DNA of 64,000 bases from Patescibacteria group bacterium (GCA_028714495.1 JAQTMH010000002.1:75471-139470), one strand, 5' to 3'. Positions 44,405 through 56,094 are shown, counted from the stretch's first letter. Notes: a model not told the origin generated them from the sequence alone. Numbers and translations: made by a program.

Positions 44405-45403
44405 TTAGCGGTTATACTGTTGTTTGTAATATTTAAGATATTCGCCGCTTTTCAGCTTCTTCCACCAATCCTGATGTTCTCGATACCACTCGATTGTTTC
44501 TTTAAGCGCTTGTTCAAATGAATGCTCCGGCTCCCACCCAAGGCGGCGCAATTTTTCGGAATTCACGGCATAACGACGGTCGTGTCCTGGTCTGTCTTTA
44601 ACATATTCAATCATGGCTTCATCCAGACCCATGATTTCCAAAACCAAACGGGTAATCTCAATGTTTGTCTTACGCTCACCCGTGCCGATATTATAAACTT
44701 CACCATCCTCGCCTTTCTGGATAATTGTATCTAAGGCCTGGCAATAATCGGGCACGTAAATCCACTCCCGGATATTCAAACCATCGCCGTAGACCGGCAC
44801 CTTCCTACCTTCAACCAGATTGGTGATAAAAAGTGGTATCAGCTTCTCGGGATATTGATAGGGTCCGTAAAAATTGCAACTGTGCGTAACAATAGTCGGC
44901 AAGCCGAAAGTTTTCCAATAGGCCCTGACCATATGATCGCCCCCGGCCTTTGATGCCGAGTAGGGGCTGTTCGGTTCAAAAGCCGTCTCCTCAGTAAATT
45001 CTCCGTCTTCGGTCGAACCGAATACTTCATCAGTGGAGACTTGGATATACCGCTTGACCCCGTATTTCCTGGCCGCTTCGAGAAGTGTGTAAGTGCCGAA
45101 AACGTCAGTCATGATAAAGCTCTTGGCGCCGAGAATTGAACGGTCAACGTGGGTTTCAGCCGCGAAATTAATTATCTGGTCAATCCCCTTTTTCATCACT
45201 TTATCAACCATTTTCTCGTCAGCGATATCGCCTTTGACAAATTCATATCTTGGATTATTTTCAATGTCTTTTAAATTTTCCAAATTGCCGGCATAGGTCA
45301 GCTTATCTAAATTGACCACCTGGAATTCCGGATAGTTGTTGATGAGATAGCGGATAAAGTTGGAGCCCATAAATCCCGCACCGCCGGTAATTAAGAATTT
45401 CAT
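44405..45403 (-). CDS. rfbB: dTDP-glucose 4,6-dehydratase
   Basis: MKFLITGGAGFMGSNF, YSASKAGGD (YxxxK motif), RmlB family. Confidence 0.9.
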   Translation of the reverse strand: MKFLITGGAGFMGSNFIRYLINNYPEFQVVNLDKLTYAGNLENLKDIENNPRYEFVKGDIADEKMVDKVMKKGIDQIINFAAETHVDRSILGAKSFIMTDVFGTYTLLEAARKYGVKRYIQVSTDEVFGSTEDGEFTEETAFEPNSPYSASKAGGDHMVRAYWKTFGLPTIVTHSCNFYGPYQYPEKLIPLFITNLVEGRKVPVYGDGLNIREWIYVPDYCQALDTIIQKGEDGEVYNIGTGERKTNIEITRLVLEIMGLDEAMIEYVKDRPGHDRRYAVNSEKLRRLGWEPEHSFEQALKETIEWYREHQDWWKKLKSGEYLKYYKQQYNR

Positions 45404-45407
45404 AATT

Positions 45408-45497
45408 AATTTAAAATTAATAATTTAAAATGTAAAATTATTGTATCCGCCCAGGGCGGATTCTTTCATTTTTAATTCTTAATTTTGAATTTTTCCC
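45408..45497 (-). promoter_or_regulatory. rfbB promoter (TTTACA-N17-TAAATT) with R-element copy 2 directly upstream
   Basis: Minus-strand -35 at 45431-45436, -10 at 45408-45413. R-element (ATCCGCC-CAGG-GGCGGAT plus A/T arm) at 45441-45497. Same architecture as the asparaginase-operon promoter. Confidence 0.5.
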
Positions 45498-45504
45498 AGA
45501 ACCA

Positions 45505-45558
45505 CGTTGGGTTCTGGGAACCCCGTACCCAAGCCTGCGAGCGGTACGGGGTTAATTG
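45505..45558. repeat. two adjacent GC-rich palindromic hairpins (REP-like) 3' of ahcY
   Basis: CCCAGAACC-acgttg-GGTTCTGGG (9-bp stem) and AACCCCGTACC-N13-GGTACGGGGTT (11-bp stem). Confidence 0.55.
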
Positions 45559-45560
45559 CC

Positions 45561-46820
<1,260 letters not shown>

Positions 46821-46857
46821 TTAGTTTATTGGTTAATTTGTTAATTGGTTGATTTGT

Positions 46858-48516
46858 TTACTCTGTGAATTGGAAGGTGGAAAGAAGCTGTGTGCGGAGT
46901 GAAGCATCACTATAGAATGCGTTTGTAGTATTGTCGCACTCACCGAAATACAATTTCATTATCTTATCGGTAGAAAGTGCTGTTTGAATCATATCTCCCC
47001 CGCAACCCGCGTCGCCTTCGCGGTACTGATAGCCGCTTTGCGTCCCTACTGTCACGGTGGTCGTAGCCTGTTTACCATAGATGCCTATGATGTTATTTGG
47101 ATCGAGTGGTCCAGCTATAAAATTAATCTTGAATGCCTTGGAGTGGTCCGTAGCTGAGAATGACACTCCATCAGCACCGGTAATGTTGGCATAGGTCATA
47201 TCAGCTGGATACCTCAGAGAAAAATGATGCTCAGTGTTCGTATATGTTAACCAATCCGCAGTTTCGTCGGTGAATTGGAAAGTGGAGAGAAGTTGGTCGA
47301 TGTAATTCAGATTATTCTCTGTTTCGGCGGTCAAGTTTGTACGATCATACAAATTCCTGAGATCGTTTCTTCGGGCGCTCTCATTTTGATCCTCGCTCCC
47401 TAAACATTCTTGCGAAGATGGCAATGAGGCTGATAAAAGAAGACCGACATAATCCCCTGCCGTAAGATTAAGCCGGACTTCTCGGAGATTCCAAAACGAG
47501 CATTCATCACCCCAGGCAACAAAGGCATCATAAGTCTGTTGGCCATCAATCGTTGTGCGTCGGCAAATGTTTGTTGCCGTATCATTGAGGACACCTTCGT
47601 TTTCGCACCCTAACGCGAGGTTCTCGCCGCCATTGTATTTTAATTGCTTAAACTGGTTAAAATCACTCGAGCTTCCAATGAACGAAATACTCGCGGCTTG
47701 CGTAAAGTTGATTTGAATGGCCTTACCAGAAAATATTTTCGAACCTGTTTCTTGAACACTCATTGACGAGTCAATGGCTTTTGCGGTCACCTCACCCCAA
47801 GCTGGTGGATAGCTAAAAGAAATTCTAAGGTCTGCATTCGTATATGTTTTCCAGTCAGCGGTTTCGTCGGTGAATTGGAAAGAAGCCACCAATTGAGTAA
47901 AGTCGTCATGTGAGGGAACCGCTGTAACATTTGCCGAGTCATATTCCAAACCCCAGGTTTTACCGTTGTGGTTGAAATAATAATAATCAATAGTGGCTGA
48001 TGTCGCACCCTTGACCCTATGCTTACCAACACCGAGCATACCAGTTATGCGGTAGGCGGTTTCACCAGCGACAGTGGTTGTGGTTGGCTCTAGATTGCCA
48101 CCTGCTTGACTCGAAGCGAAAGCTGAAAGATCACCTTGGTATGTATCGTATAATACGACTCCAATCGGACCAGGCCCAACCGCATCAGTGTACCTCGGAC
48201 CATTCTTGTCCGGATCGGTATTGGCGATTATGCGAACGGCCGTACCATTTGTGTATTTTCGGACAACTGCTTGATTCGGATATTCAAAACTAATGCCAAG
48301 GTCGGCATTAATATATGTGTTGTTTGTCGCCGTATTCGTGTTCTTGTTTGATTTAATCGTTAAACCGGCAGTATTGTTGTCATCAAGTTCTGTGAAAGTA
48401 TTGTAAAAAAAGAAAGCGCCGCCGGCAAAAAGGGCAAAAGCGATAACAATCGCCAGAGCGATGACAGGAGAGAAGCCGGGAAAAGTAATTTTGGGTTGAA
48501 TTTTCTTTTTTGTCAT
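46858..48516 (-). CDS. surface-anchored protein (N-terminal TM, N/T-rich linker) with three tandem copies of an uncharacterised 'W-TYTN ... FQFT' domain
   Basis: Domains start at ...NNTYINADLGISFEYP, DETADWKTYTNADLRISFSYP and DETADWLTYTNTEHHFSLRYP. They end at QLVASFQFTD, QLLSTFQFTD and QLLSTFQFTE; the last is the C-terminus. Confidence 0.6.
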   Translation of the reverse strand: MTKKKIQPKITFPGFSPVIALAIVIAFALFAGGAFFFYNTFTELDDNNTAGLTIKSNKNTNTATNNTYINADLGISFEYPNQAVVRKYTNGTAVRIIANTDPDKNGPRYTDAVGPGPIGVVLYDTYQGDLSAFASSQAGGNLEPTTTTVAGETAYRITGMLGVGKHRVKGATSATIDYYYFNHNGKTWGLEYDSANVTAVPSHDDFTQLVASFQFTDETADWKTYTNADLRISFSYPPAWGEVTAKAIDSSMSVQETGSKIFSGKAIQINFTQAASISFIGSSSDFNQFKQLKYNGGENLALGCENEGVLNDTATNICRRTTIDGQQTYDAFVAWGDECSFWNLREVRLNLTAGDYVGLLLSASLPSSQECLGSEDQNESARRNDLRNLYDRTNLTAETENNLNYIDQLLSTFQFTDETADWLTYTNTEHHFSLRYPADMTYANITGADGVSFSATDHSKAFKINFIAGPLDPNNIIGIYGKQATTTVTVGTQSGYQYREGDAGCGGDMIQTALSTDKIMKLYFGECDNTTNAFYSDASLRTQLLSTFQFTE

Positions 48517-48531
48517 AATACGAAATTATAA

Positions 48532-50148
48532 TTAGTCCTTAACAGTGAATTTTATAACCTTTTGATTTTGTGACACTAGTAGGTTATAGTTAAGCCCAAT
48601 TGCAATATCTTGTACCCACTGCGCCCGATAAAAAATTTGTTTTGCATTTGTAAACTTTTCTCCATCAAAAACATACGTATCTCCAACAGTACCGATATAC
48701 CAGTATTTTTTATCACTCGCGATTGTCGTCACACTCATTTCTTCTCCTGTATCAGTCACTGTTTTATTACCGTCGAATTTATAAACATGTGCATTTTCCT
48801 GGCCGCGTGTTCCGAGAAGCCAATATGATCCATTCCATGCACCCTTGCTGATATGATAATCATTAAGAGCGGATACACGGGTAATGTTATCCCCATTATA
48901 CCAATATGCTTTTCCATCGTAAGTCAAAATGAGCCATCTTGCGCCGTCCCAAATGGCCTCCTCAATATTTTGAACATTATTATCTAATTGGTCTGGTATC
49001 TGGCTGGTAAGATCGGTGAATGTCGATCCATCATAACGGATCAGTTGCCCAAGCCTGTTCCCGAGGAGCCAATATTGGCCGTTCCAGCCGATGGCATCAA
49101 AACCCGTTAAACCAGACGAATTGGGCATTTGGCTGGATAAATTGATCATCGTGTTCCCATCAAACTCGAGAAGGGGCGCGTTCGGACTTTGAACGAGTGA
49201 AATAATCCAGTTCTGGCCATTACTTCTCAAGTTAGCCACTGATCGGTATTCTGGTCTATCAACCAAAGGTAATTTATTGGTAAGATCCACAACCCCGTTA
49301 GAATCATACTGAAATAGTTTACTGTTTGTTCCACCGATCAACGCGGTCGAACCATTAATATTAACTGTTTCTATTCCATTTCCACCAAAACCAGAAAATA
49401 ATCCACTGATATCCTCAACCTCAAGGTCTTGCAAATCCTCTATGCCAGTGAATTGGAATGTTGAAAGAACCAATTCAGCAATAGATCCTTGTTCAGGATG
49501 AACAGTTGTCTGAAGTTTGTAGTTTATTCCGTTCCGTTCAATACATAGGATATATTGAACATTGCCCTTATCGTCAATTTTTTGTCCGCGCGTTCCTTCA
49601 ACACTATCGATTGTTGTCTTGCTGGTATTGCTTAAATCCTGTAGGCACCATGACTGTGCTTGATTAGTCTGTATTTCAAAATCAATATAATACATACCCA
49701 ACTGTAAAGTGGGCAAATATCTATCGTTATATTCATCAATATTGTAGAAATTATTCATCTGAATGTGTGTGCTTGTCGATATTGATGTTTGTCTTAAATC
49801 TGGTGGATATTTAAATGAGACACTCTCGATAGTATCGGTATATGTATCCCAATATTTCAGTCGTTCATTGGTGACTAACGAGTTCGTATTCAAATTTACG
49901 CTAGAATTAGTGTTTCTGTTTAGGTTTGCATCGAGATCGTCATTTAGATTGGTGCTTGCCACCGTATTGGTATTATTGTTCGTTTGAATTGATGTAATCG
50001 TGTTGGTATTATCATTTTTAGTCTGAATCGATAGATAATAAAATACTCCGCCGACGATCAAAGCGATGGCAACTACTATGACTATCCCAATCGCCGATGA
50101 AAACCCTGCTTTTGAAGTTTTAGTTGTCTTTTTCTTCGTTCTTTTCAT
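48532..50148 (-). CDS. surface-anchored protein, paralogue of the previous one: TM, N/T-rich linker, one W-TYT...FQFT domain, C-terminal W-repeat (beta-propeller-like) domain
   Basis: KYWDTYTDTIESVSFKYP ... ELVLSTFQFTG. Then repeats NGQNWIISL / NGQYWLLGN / DGARWLILT / NGSYWLLGT / KKYWYIGT. Confidence 0.6.
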   Translation of the reverse strand: MKRTKKKTTKTSKAGFSSAIGIVIVVAIALIVGGVFYYLSIQTKNDNTNTITSIQTNNNTNTVASTNLNDDLDANLNRNTNSSVNLNTNSLVTNERLKYWDTYTDTIESVSFKYPPDLRQTSISTSTHIQMNNFYNIDEYNDRYLPTLQLGMYYIDFEIQTNQAQSWCLQDLSNTSKTTIDSVEGTRGQKIDDKGNVQYILCIERNGINYKLQTTVHPEQGSIAELVLSTFQFTGIEDLQDLEVEDISGLFSGFGGNGIETVNINGSTALIGGTNSKLFQYDSNGVVDLTNKLPLVDRPEYRSVANLRSNGQNWIISLVQSPNAPLLEFDGNTMINLSSQMPNSSGLTGFDAIGWNGQYWLLGNRLGQLIRYDGSTFTDLTSQIPDQLDNNVQNIEEAIWDGARWLILTYDGKAYWYNGDNITRVSALNDYHISKGAWNGSYWLLGTRGQENAHVYKFDGNKTVTDTGEEMSVTTIASDKKYWYIGTVGDTYVFDGEKFTNAKQIFYRAQWVQDIAIGLNYNLLVSQNQKVIKFTVKD

Positions 50149-50161
50149 GGTTTGTAAAGTA

Positions 50162-51106
50162 TCAAATCTTTATATCTTCATGAAAATTTTCCTTGTACCG
50201 ATTGATAAACTCCTGCGTTGTATACGACTGTTCCTGCGTGCCATAGTACTCGATCGGATAAACCGCGGTTAAGGCGGCCAGGCGGCCAATTACCTCCAGG
50301 GAATAACTGCCTAAAAAACCCTTGATCAATCCAGCTCGATAAGCGTCTCCGGCGCCGGTTGGATCCTTAATCTCCCGAGGCTTGGCAATCGGTATCTGAA
50401 AACCCTTGTCTTTGGTTTCGATTAATGAACCAGCCTCGCCCTTGGTGGTAATGACCAGCTCGGTTTTTTTTAAAATGTCTGACTTGGTTAAACCGGTTTT
50501 TTTTAAAATCAAACCAATCTCATAGTCGTTGCCGATCACGATGCGCGCTCCCTGGATGGCAAATTTCAAATGATCAGCTGAAATTACGGGAATCTGCTGG
50601 GCCGGATCGAAGATGTAGGGTATGCTCAAACGCTGGTATTCCTTAGCATAATATAGCATATCATCCACGTTGCCGGCGACCACTATTCCGAAAAGTCCTC
50701 CGGTTTGCTTTTTTATCGCTTCAATATCGACATGGCTGGCCTCTTTCATCGCGCCCGGGTGGAAAGCGGTAATCTGGTTGTCGTCCTGGTCAGTCATAAT
50801 ATAAGCGCCGGCCGTGTGATCGTCATTTATTTTTATATGGCTTATGTCTACTCCATGCTGATTCAGCCAGTCGCGATAGGGTGAAAAATCTTTCCCGGCC
50901 GTAGCCAAAATAATCGGTTTTTCTTTTAGCAGTGAGAGGTTATAGGCAATGTTACCGGCGGTTCCGCCAAAATTCTCCCTCAGATTATTTACGTGGAAGC
51001 TGACGCTAAGCACGTGGATTTTTTCCGGCAGAATATGGTCTTTGAACCGTCCGGGAAAATCCATGATTCGATCATAGGCTAGTGAACCGGAGACGAGGAT
51101 TTTCAT
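50162..51106 (-). CDS. PfkB-family carbohydrate/sugar kinase
   Basis: Ribokinase-like fold; DPTGAGDAYRAG anion-hole motif near the C-terminus. Confidence 0.8.
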   Translation of the reverse strand: MKILVSGSLAYDRIMDFPGRFKDHILPEKIHVLSVSFHVNNLRENFGGTAGNIAYNLSLLKEKPIILATAGKDFSPYRDWLNQHGVDISHIKINDDHTAGAYIMTDQDDNQITAFHPGAMKEASHVDIEAIKKQTGGLFGIVVAGNVDDMLYYAKEYQRLSIPYIFDPAQQIPVISADHLKFAIQGARIVIGNDYEIGLILKKTGLTKSDILKKTELVITTKGEAGSLIETKDKGFQIPIAKPREIKDPTGAGDAYRAGLIKGFLGSYSLEVIGRLAALTAVYPIEYYGTQEQSYTTQEFINRYKENFHEDIKI

Positions 51107-51192
51107 TTGAAATTAAGAATTCAGAATTTAGAAGTAAGAATGAATGTATTTGACAAAGTCAAACACTTAAATTATTCATTCTTAATTATCAA

Positions 51193-51675
51193 TTATAAAT
51201 TGTTTTTCTTCCAGTCAAACCCGATTGTCTGATCATCAGGCGCTAGGCGCTTTTCATCCGGGTTTTTAATGTCATACGGTTCGGTCGTGTGATAAAAAAG
51301 CAGCACCGGCTCTTCGCTCAAAACTTTGTAGCCGTGCGCCACGCCAATGGGAATGCGAACTACCTTGTAATCGTCCTGGCCGGCGAAAACAACCTGGGTT
51401 TCGCCCTTAGTCGCGGAATCTTCCCGCAGATCATAAAGCACGATCATCGCTTTTCCCGTGGCCACGAACCAAAGATCCTCCTGCCGCTCGTGGTAGTGGA
51501 AGGCCTTGATCGTACCTTGATAAGCCACCGTGAAAGTGGTTTGGCCGAACTTCTTGAGCAAGTCCTCGTCGTTTCGAATCACCTCCATCAGGAAACCTGG
51601 TTTGTCCGAATCCTCTTTCCGATCGGGTATGTCTTGGTGGACTTTTAAAGATTTAATCTGTACACCATGGATCAT
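51193..51675 (-). CDS. rfbC: dTDP-4-dehydrorhamnose 3,5-epimerase-like cupin (short RmlC)
   Basis: HYHERQEDLWFVATGKAMIVLYDLR...VRIPIGVAHGY; 160 aa. Confidence 0.75.
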   Translation of the reverse strand: MIHGVQIKSLKVHQDIPDRKEDSDKPGFLMEVIRNDEDLLKKFGQTTFTVAYQGTIKAFHYHERQEDLWFVATGKAMIVLYDLREDSATKGETQVVFAGQDDYKVVRIPIGVAHGYKVLSEEPVLLFYHTTEPYDIKNPDEKRLAPDDQTIGFDWKKNNL

Positions 51676-52402
51676 GGCCGGTATCTTTAATGGTCTTGGC
51701 TACGAGTTGTCCCGCCTCTAATAAACTTTCGAAAGATTCGCCGCCGTCTCCCCACCAACCCTTGAGCACGCTGTAAGTCATGGTACTTTCCTTGATGAAA
51801 TAATTATTTACGTCAGTGATTTCGAGTTCACCGCGTTTCGACGGTTTGAGGGTATTTACCACATCAAATACGCTACTGTCATACATGTACAAACCGATAA
51901 CCGCTAAATTGGACTTTGGTTTTTTCGGCTTTTCTTCAATGTTAATGATGCGGTCGCCGTCAATCTCCGCGATGCCTAGAGATTGCGGATATTTCGTCTC
52001 CTTCAAAAATATCTTTGCCCCGCTTGGCTGTTTTTCAAAATCTTGAACCGCCTCTTTTATGTCATCAACTAGGATATTATCGCCCAACATCACAATAATC
52101 TTGCCCCCGTCGATAAAATCCTTGGCCAAACCCAGGGCTTGGGCGATTCCCCCCGGTTCTTCTTGCACTTCATACGAGAATTTTACGCCAAATCTTTTTC
52201 CTGAACCCAGTAATTCCAGCAAATGGCCTACATGTCCTTTTCCGGAAACCACGAGAATATCCTCGATGCCCGCTTTTTTTAAAGTCGCGATCGGATAGTA
52301 AATCATCGGTCTATTAAACACCGGCAAAAGGTGTTTATTTGTCACCCGGGTGAGTGGGGCTAAACGCGAACCAGTCCCCCCGGCTAAAATTACGCCTTTC
52401 AT
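51653..52402 (-). CDS. rfbA: glucose-1-phosphate thymidylyl/uridylyltransferase-like sugar nucleotidyltransferase (short RmlA-like)
   Basis: MKGVILAGGTGSRLAPLTRVTNKHLLPV is a nucleotidyltransferase signature; 249 aa. Confidence 0.8.
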   Translation of the reverse strand: MKGVILAGGTGSRLAPLTRVTNKHLLPVFNRPMIYYPIATLKKAGIEDILVVSGKGHVGHLLELLGSGKRFGVKFSYEVQEEPGGIAQALGLAKDFIDGGKIIVMLGDNILVDDIKEAVQDFEKQPSGAKIFLKETKYPQSLGIAEIDGDRIINIEEKPKKPKSNLAVIGLYMYDSSVFDVVNTLKPSKRGELEITDVNNYFIKESTMTYSVLKGWWGDGGESFESLLEAGQLVAKTIKDTGHDPWCTD

Positions 52403-52418
52403 AGTTTTTTATTATGTG

Positions 52419-52658
52419 TTAATGGTTTTTTAGGTCGTCTCGTAGCAAGCTAGTTAATAAGCCACTGATCAATGTTACCACCAGCAAAATCGACAAGTCA
52501 AAGTAGTTTGAGACGAAGTTTTCAAATATTTTATCCAGCAATAATAAGCCTAAATAGGTTACCAGCGAACTAATAAATATTTGCTCAGTTAACTTTTTTA
52601 GAAACCAGAAAAGGCTTTGGCTGCTGGTGGCTACTGGTTTGGCTTCGGTCTGGCTCAT
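52419..52658 (-). CDS. small membrane protein (2 TM), hypothetical
   Basis: 79 aa, hydrophobic; 3-nt gap to the upstream gene. Confidence 0.45.
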   Translation of the reverse strand: MSQTEAKPVATSSQSLFWFLKKLTEQIFISSLVTYLGLLLLDKIFENFVSNYFDLSILLVVTLISGLLTSLLRDDLKNH

Positions 52659-52661
52659 TTC

Positions 52662-54347
52662 TTAAAAAATCTTTTTTAAAAATGACTTAAATCTGGGCAG
52701 TAGATTGCTGAAGGTAATCGGATCTTTTTCAAACTTTACCGAGACTTCATTAATCTTGAATATTCTGTTGTTCTCGACCAAACCCGGCAAATGAACCATA
52801 AATCTAACAGTATTATTTTCAGTGTACAAATAGGGCACCTCAACTGTCTGGCTCACCACTTCCCAGTTTCCTTCATGGAGAGCTTCCGGGTAATCGGCGA
52901 TAATGTAATCATATTTATCAATATCCGATTGTTTCATAATAACGCTTAATTCACTGATTCCAAAGTACGGATCAAAGTACTGTTCTGGCTCAAACGAGAA
53001 AAAACCGTTGCCTCTAATGAAAATATCGTTTTTCGGCGACACAATCTCCTGAATTTTTCCAGCTCCGCCGGTTTCCACCGAATATTCTTTGTGAAGTTGA
53101 TCTATTTTTACCTCAGCTCCACCGATTTTTACCGTTTGAAAACCGTTGGCATGAGCGGTGCGCACTTGAAAACTATTTCCGTTTGAATAAATCGTCGTTG
53201 GCCGCTCCACCAAATCAGGAAAAGCTCCACGATACTCGTTATTATCAGTCAGGTAAAGGAAATCGGCGAAAACTATCAGGTGTTGTTTGGTTTCGATTTT
53301 CCGTATAAATATCTCATCGTTTTTTATGCCCAAACGGATGCGATACAAACCGTTCGCTGGCTTGGGAATAGATAATTGGACTTCTTTCTGGACTGATGGC
53401 TTACCGTTGGCGGAAGAATTACCATCATCAGCTACTTCAATGCTTTCCACCTTTTCCTCACCCTTAAATACGTCAATTGCGAAATCATCCGCGCCTGAAT
53501 GCCGATTTATATCCTGAATGAAAAATTTAAAGTCGAGCGGTTCATTCTCAAGGTAGGCATATATCTCATGCTCACCCCTGATGCTTGAATCAATAGTGGT
53601 AATCTCCTGGGATGACTGATAGTCGGGTATTTTCAGATATGGACTTAGATCAATATTACTGCGCAGGACTTTTGCGTGGTTCGGAATTCTATTTAAAAAT
53701 TCTTTTATACTGGAAGAGGTCGCTCCGTTTTCTGGTTCGTCCAATCGATCGTTTAAAGTACTCAACTCGGCCTTCAACCTTGAGATCTCACCGCTGTTTA
53801 GGCCACCCTCTTTCTCCTCTTCAGTTTGAATCTGCTCTTCAAGCTTATTTATTTCCTGGTCCAAAACCATAGCCTCGTCATCTCGCTGGTACAAAACCAG
53901 ATTGTCTTCGCGGATTTTTTTCCAATAGCCAGGCAGGTTTTCCAGAGTCGAATTATAAACCCCAAGGTTTTTAAAATAATTATCTCCGCCCTTTTGGGTA
54001 ACGCCCAATATTATATTGTTTTGCCCTGATGGATTCTGATATTTCAAAGTAACTGTGGCTTTTGGAAATACCCGGGGAACTTTTACGTCAAAATAGACGG
54101 GTTCCTGGGTGATATAGCGAAAATAGTCCATTGTCCCCTTGGCCGATCCGATCAATTCGTCTTTCTCTTTTGAAGCGAAATTTTGAACCAGGGGCGATTC
54201 CTGGTCCCCCACCCGATAAACCACCATCATTGAACCGAATGGCACGAAATTTTTATTCAAAAGCCACACCACAATCGCAATCGGGGCAATTATAAAAATT
54301 ATTCCGGTTATCCGCAAAGCTCTTTTGGCTGATTTGCTTGGTTCCAT
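52662..54347 (-). CDS. hypothetical membrane-anchored extracytoplasmic protein (561 aa) with a coiled-coil segment
   Basis: Single N-terminal TM (ITGIIFIIAPIAIVVWLL); coiled coil at about residues 160-210; no recognisable catalytic motifs. Confidence 0.55.
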   Translation of the reverse strand: MEPSKSAKRALRITGIIFIIAPIAIVVWLLNKNFVPFGSMMVVYRVGDQESPLVQNFASKEKDELIGSAKGTMDYFRYITQEPVYFDVKVPRVFPKATVTLKYQNPSGQNNIILGVTQKGGDNYFKNLGVYNSTLENLPGYWKKIREDNLVLYQRDDEAMVLDQEINKLEEQIQTEEEKEGGLNSGEISRLKAELSTLNDRLDEPENGATSSSIKEFLNRIPNHAKVLRSNIDLSPYLKIPDYQSSQEITTIDSSIRGEHEIYAYLENEPLDFKFFIQDINRHSGADDFAIDVFKGEEKVESIEVADDGNSSANGKPSVQKEVQLSIPKPANGLYRIRLGIKNDEIFIRKIETKQHLIVFADFLYLTDNNEYRGAFPDLVERPTTIYSNGNSFQVRTAHANGFQTVKIGGAEVKIDQLHKEYSVETGGAGKIQEIVSPKNDIFIRGNGFFSFEPEQYFDPYFGISELSVIMKQSDIDKYDYIIADYPEALHEGNWEVVSQTVEVPYLYTENNTVRFMVHLPGLVENNRIFKINEVSVKFEKDPITFSNLLPRFKSFLKKIF

Positions 54348-54411
54348 GGCTTGAAAAACTATTTTCTGATATCGCTAGAATAGCACAATTCTATCAATAA
54401 ATCCAGGCTCT

Positions 54412-56094
54412 TTAGGGAAATTCCAGTTTATAAAAGCTTGCCTGGTCAGACAGAGTGGAGAGTTCGATTAGTTTAATCGTGGGTAAAAACGCTGCCGCTT
54501 GCTTCTCGAGTTCTTGGCAATTTATTTCAACCGGCTGGCAATAATAATAAATCGGCGCCTGCTTTGCCAAACCTTTTATTTCGACGCGCAACTTAATGTT
54601 TCCCAGGTCAAAAGCGGCGATAACTTTGCGCTCAGGAAAAATCACCTTGTCCCCTTTGCCGGTTATCACCACGGAATTCTTCGGGGTTAATTTGACAACC
54701 TCTTGGCTAACTTTTTCATATCCGGCAATATCTCGACGAATTTTTGCCAGACCATAAAGCGGATCAAAAAGCACCGTCGTGATCGAAAGAGCGACGATTA
54801 AACATGCCAGGAAAATTCCGAAAAATATTTTCAACTTTTTCGTCTTAAACCAATCGATCATCCATGATAAACCAGTTGCGCAAAACGGCAAGCTAAAAAT
54901 AAACACTGGCAGCCAATAACGCAGATATGAGTGTCCGAGGATGATCCGATCCGGGTCGGAGAATTCCTTGAGATCCCAGCTGCCATAATACAAAACCAAC
55001 CAAATTAAAATAAACAAGAATGCTAAGGCGTATGTCTTTTGCCCTCGGGTAATTCTTCCTGATTCGCTTGGCTTTAGCCAATCTCTCAGCCAATTTCTAA
55101 AGAATAAAACTAGGCCGAGACCAAAGGGAATCGCGTACCAGGGAAAGATGACGATAAAATAATCATAAAAATTGTGAAGCGCCAGTCCGAGGTTCAAGCC
55201 AAAGGGAAATAGCGCCTGGCTGATTTTTAAACCTAGGCCGGTTGTGGCTGAACCGATCGTGCCAAAATCAAGCGTTTCCTGGGAATAGCCAAAAGCCAGA
55301 GGGTTTCCGTATAACTTATTGTTTAAATAGCCAATCGGCAACAAGAACAGGCAGAGAGTGAGTAAAGAGACGGCGGCTTTAAGCCAGCTAATGCGCTTTT
55401 TAAAAACTAAAAATAATATTAACAGCATTGGCAAAAGCCAGATGGCCTCTGAAACTCGAAATATTATCGCTAAACCCAACGCAATTCCAAGAAAGATGTA
55501 ATTCATTAGTTTGGAAAAACGCACTGCCTTGATAAAAAAATAAACCGTGATAATAACGCAACTCGCGAAAGGAACATTGTGCATCATGCTTCGTCCTGAA
55601 AAATACCAAAAAGCCGGCTGGAGAAAAAGCAGCAACGAGCTAAAAAAAGCAATTCTATTATCAAATAACTGTTTTACCAACAAATAGAAAAATATCACGG
55701 CGATGATCGCGATCATCGGTGTGATAAATCTGACCATTGCTAGACTAAAAACTTTCGCTATTAAACCATAGATTAGCGGCAAACCAATAAAGCTATTCGG
55801 CACCAGCTTGCCCTGTACCATATCGGTATAGGGCTTGCCCTCAACTAAATCCACGCTGCGCGGTCGGATCAAGCCCGGAGCAAAGGAATCAAGCGGCTCT
55901 GAAACGCTTAAGCTGGAACTTTGCGCAAACGACTTGGTAAAAAAATAATTGGCTGTTTCGTCAGGAGATACAAATTTTGTAGGCGAACCAAAGGAACTGA
56001 AAGAGTACAAAACGAAAAAAGCCGCCCCAAGCAATACTAACATTATTAGCTCGGGTTTGCGCTTCAAAAAAGATGTTCTCGGTAATAACGTCAT
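54412..56094 (-). CDS. GT-C fold polytopic membrane glycosyltransferase (PMT/ArnT-like), second copy
   Basis: 560 aa, at least 11 TM helices; DE motif in the first periplasmic loop (FVSPDETANYFF); large C-terminal soluble domain. Confidence 0.65.
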   Translation of the reverse strand: MTLLPRTSFLKRKPELIMLVLLGAAFFVLYSFSSFGSPTKFVSPDETANYFFTKSFAQSSSLSVSEPLDSFAPGLIRPRSVDLVEGKPYTDMVQGKLVPNSFIGLPLIYGLIAKVFSLAMVRFITPMIAIIAVIFFYLLVKQLFDNRIAFFSSLLLFLQPAFWYFSGRSMMHNVPFASCVIITVYFFIKAVRFSKLMNYIFLGIALGLAIIFRVSEAIWLLPMLLILFLVFKKRISWLKAAVSLLTLCLFLLPIGYLNNKLYGNPLAFGYSQETLDFGTIGSATTGLGLKISQALFPFGLNLGLALHNFYDYFIVIFPWYAIPFGLGLVLFFRNWLRDWLKPSESGRITRGQKTYALAFLFILIWLVLYYGSWDLKEFSDPDRIILGHSYLRYWLPVFIFSLPFCATGLSWMIDWFKTKKLKIFFGIFLACLIVALSITTVLFDPLYGLAKIRRDIAGYEKVSQEVVKLTPKNSVVITGKGDKVIFPERKVIAAFDLGNIKLRVEIKGLAKQAPIYYYCQPVEINCQELEKQAAAFLPTIKLIELSTLSDQASFYKLEFP

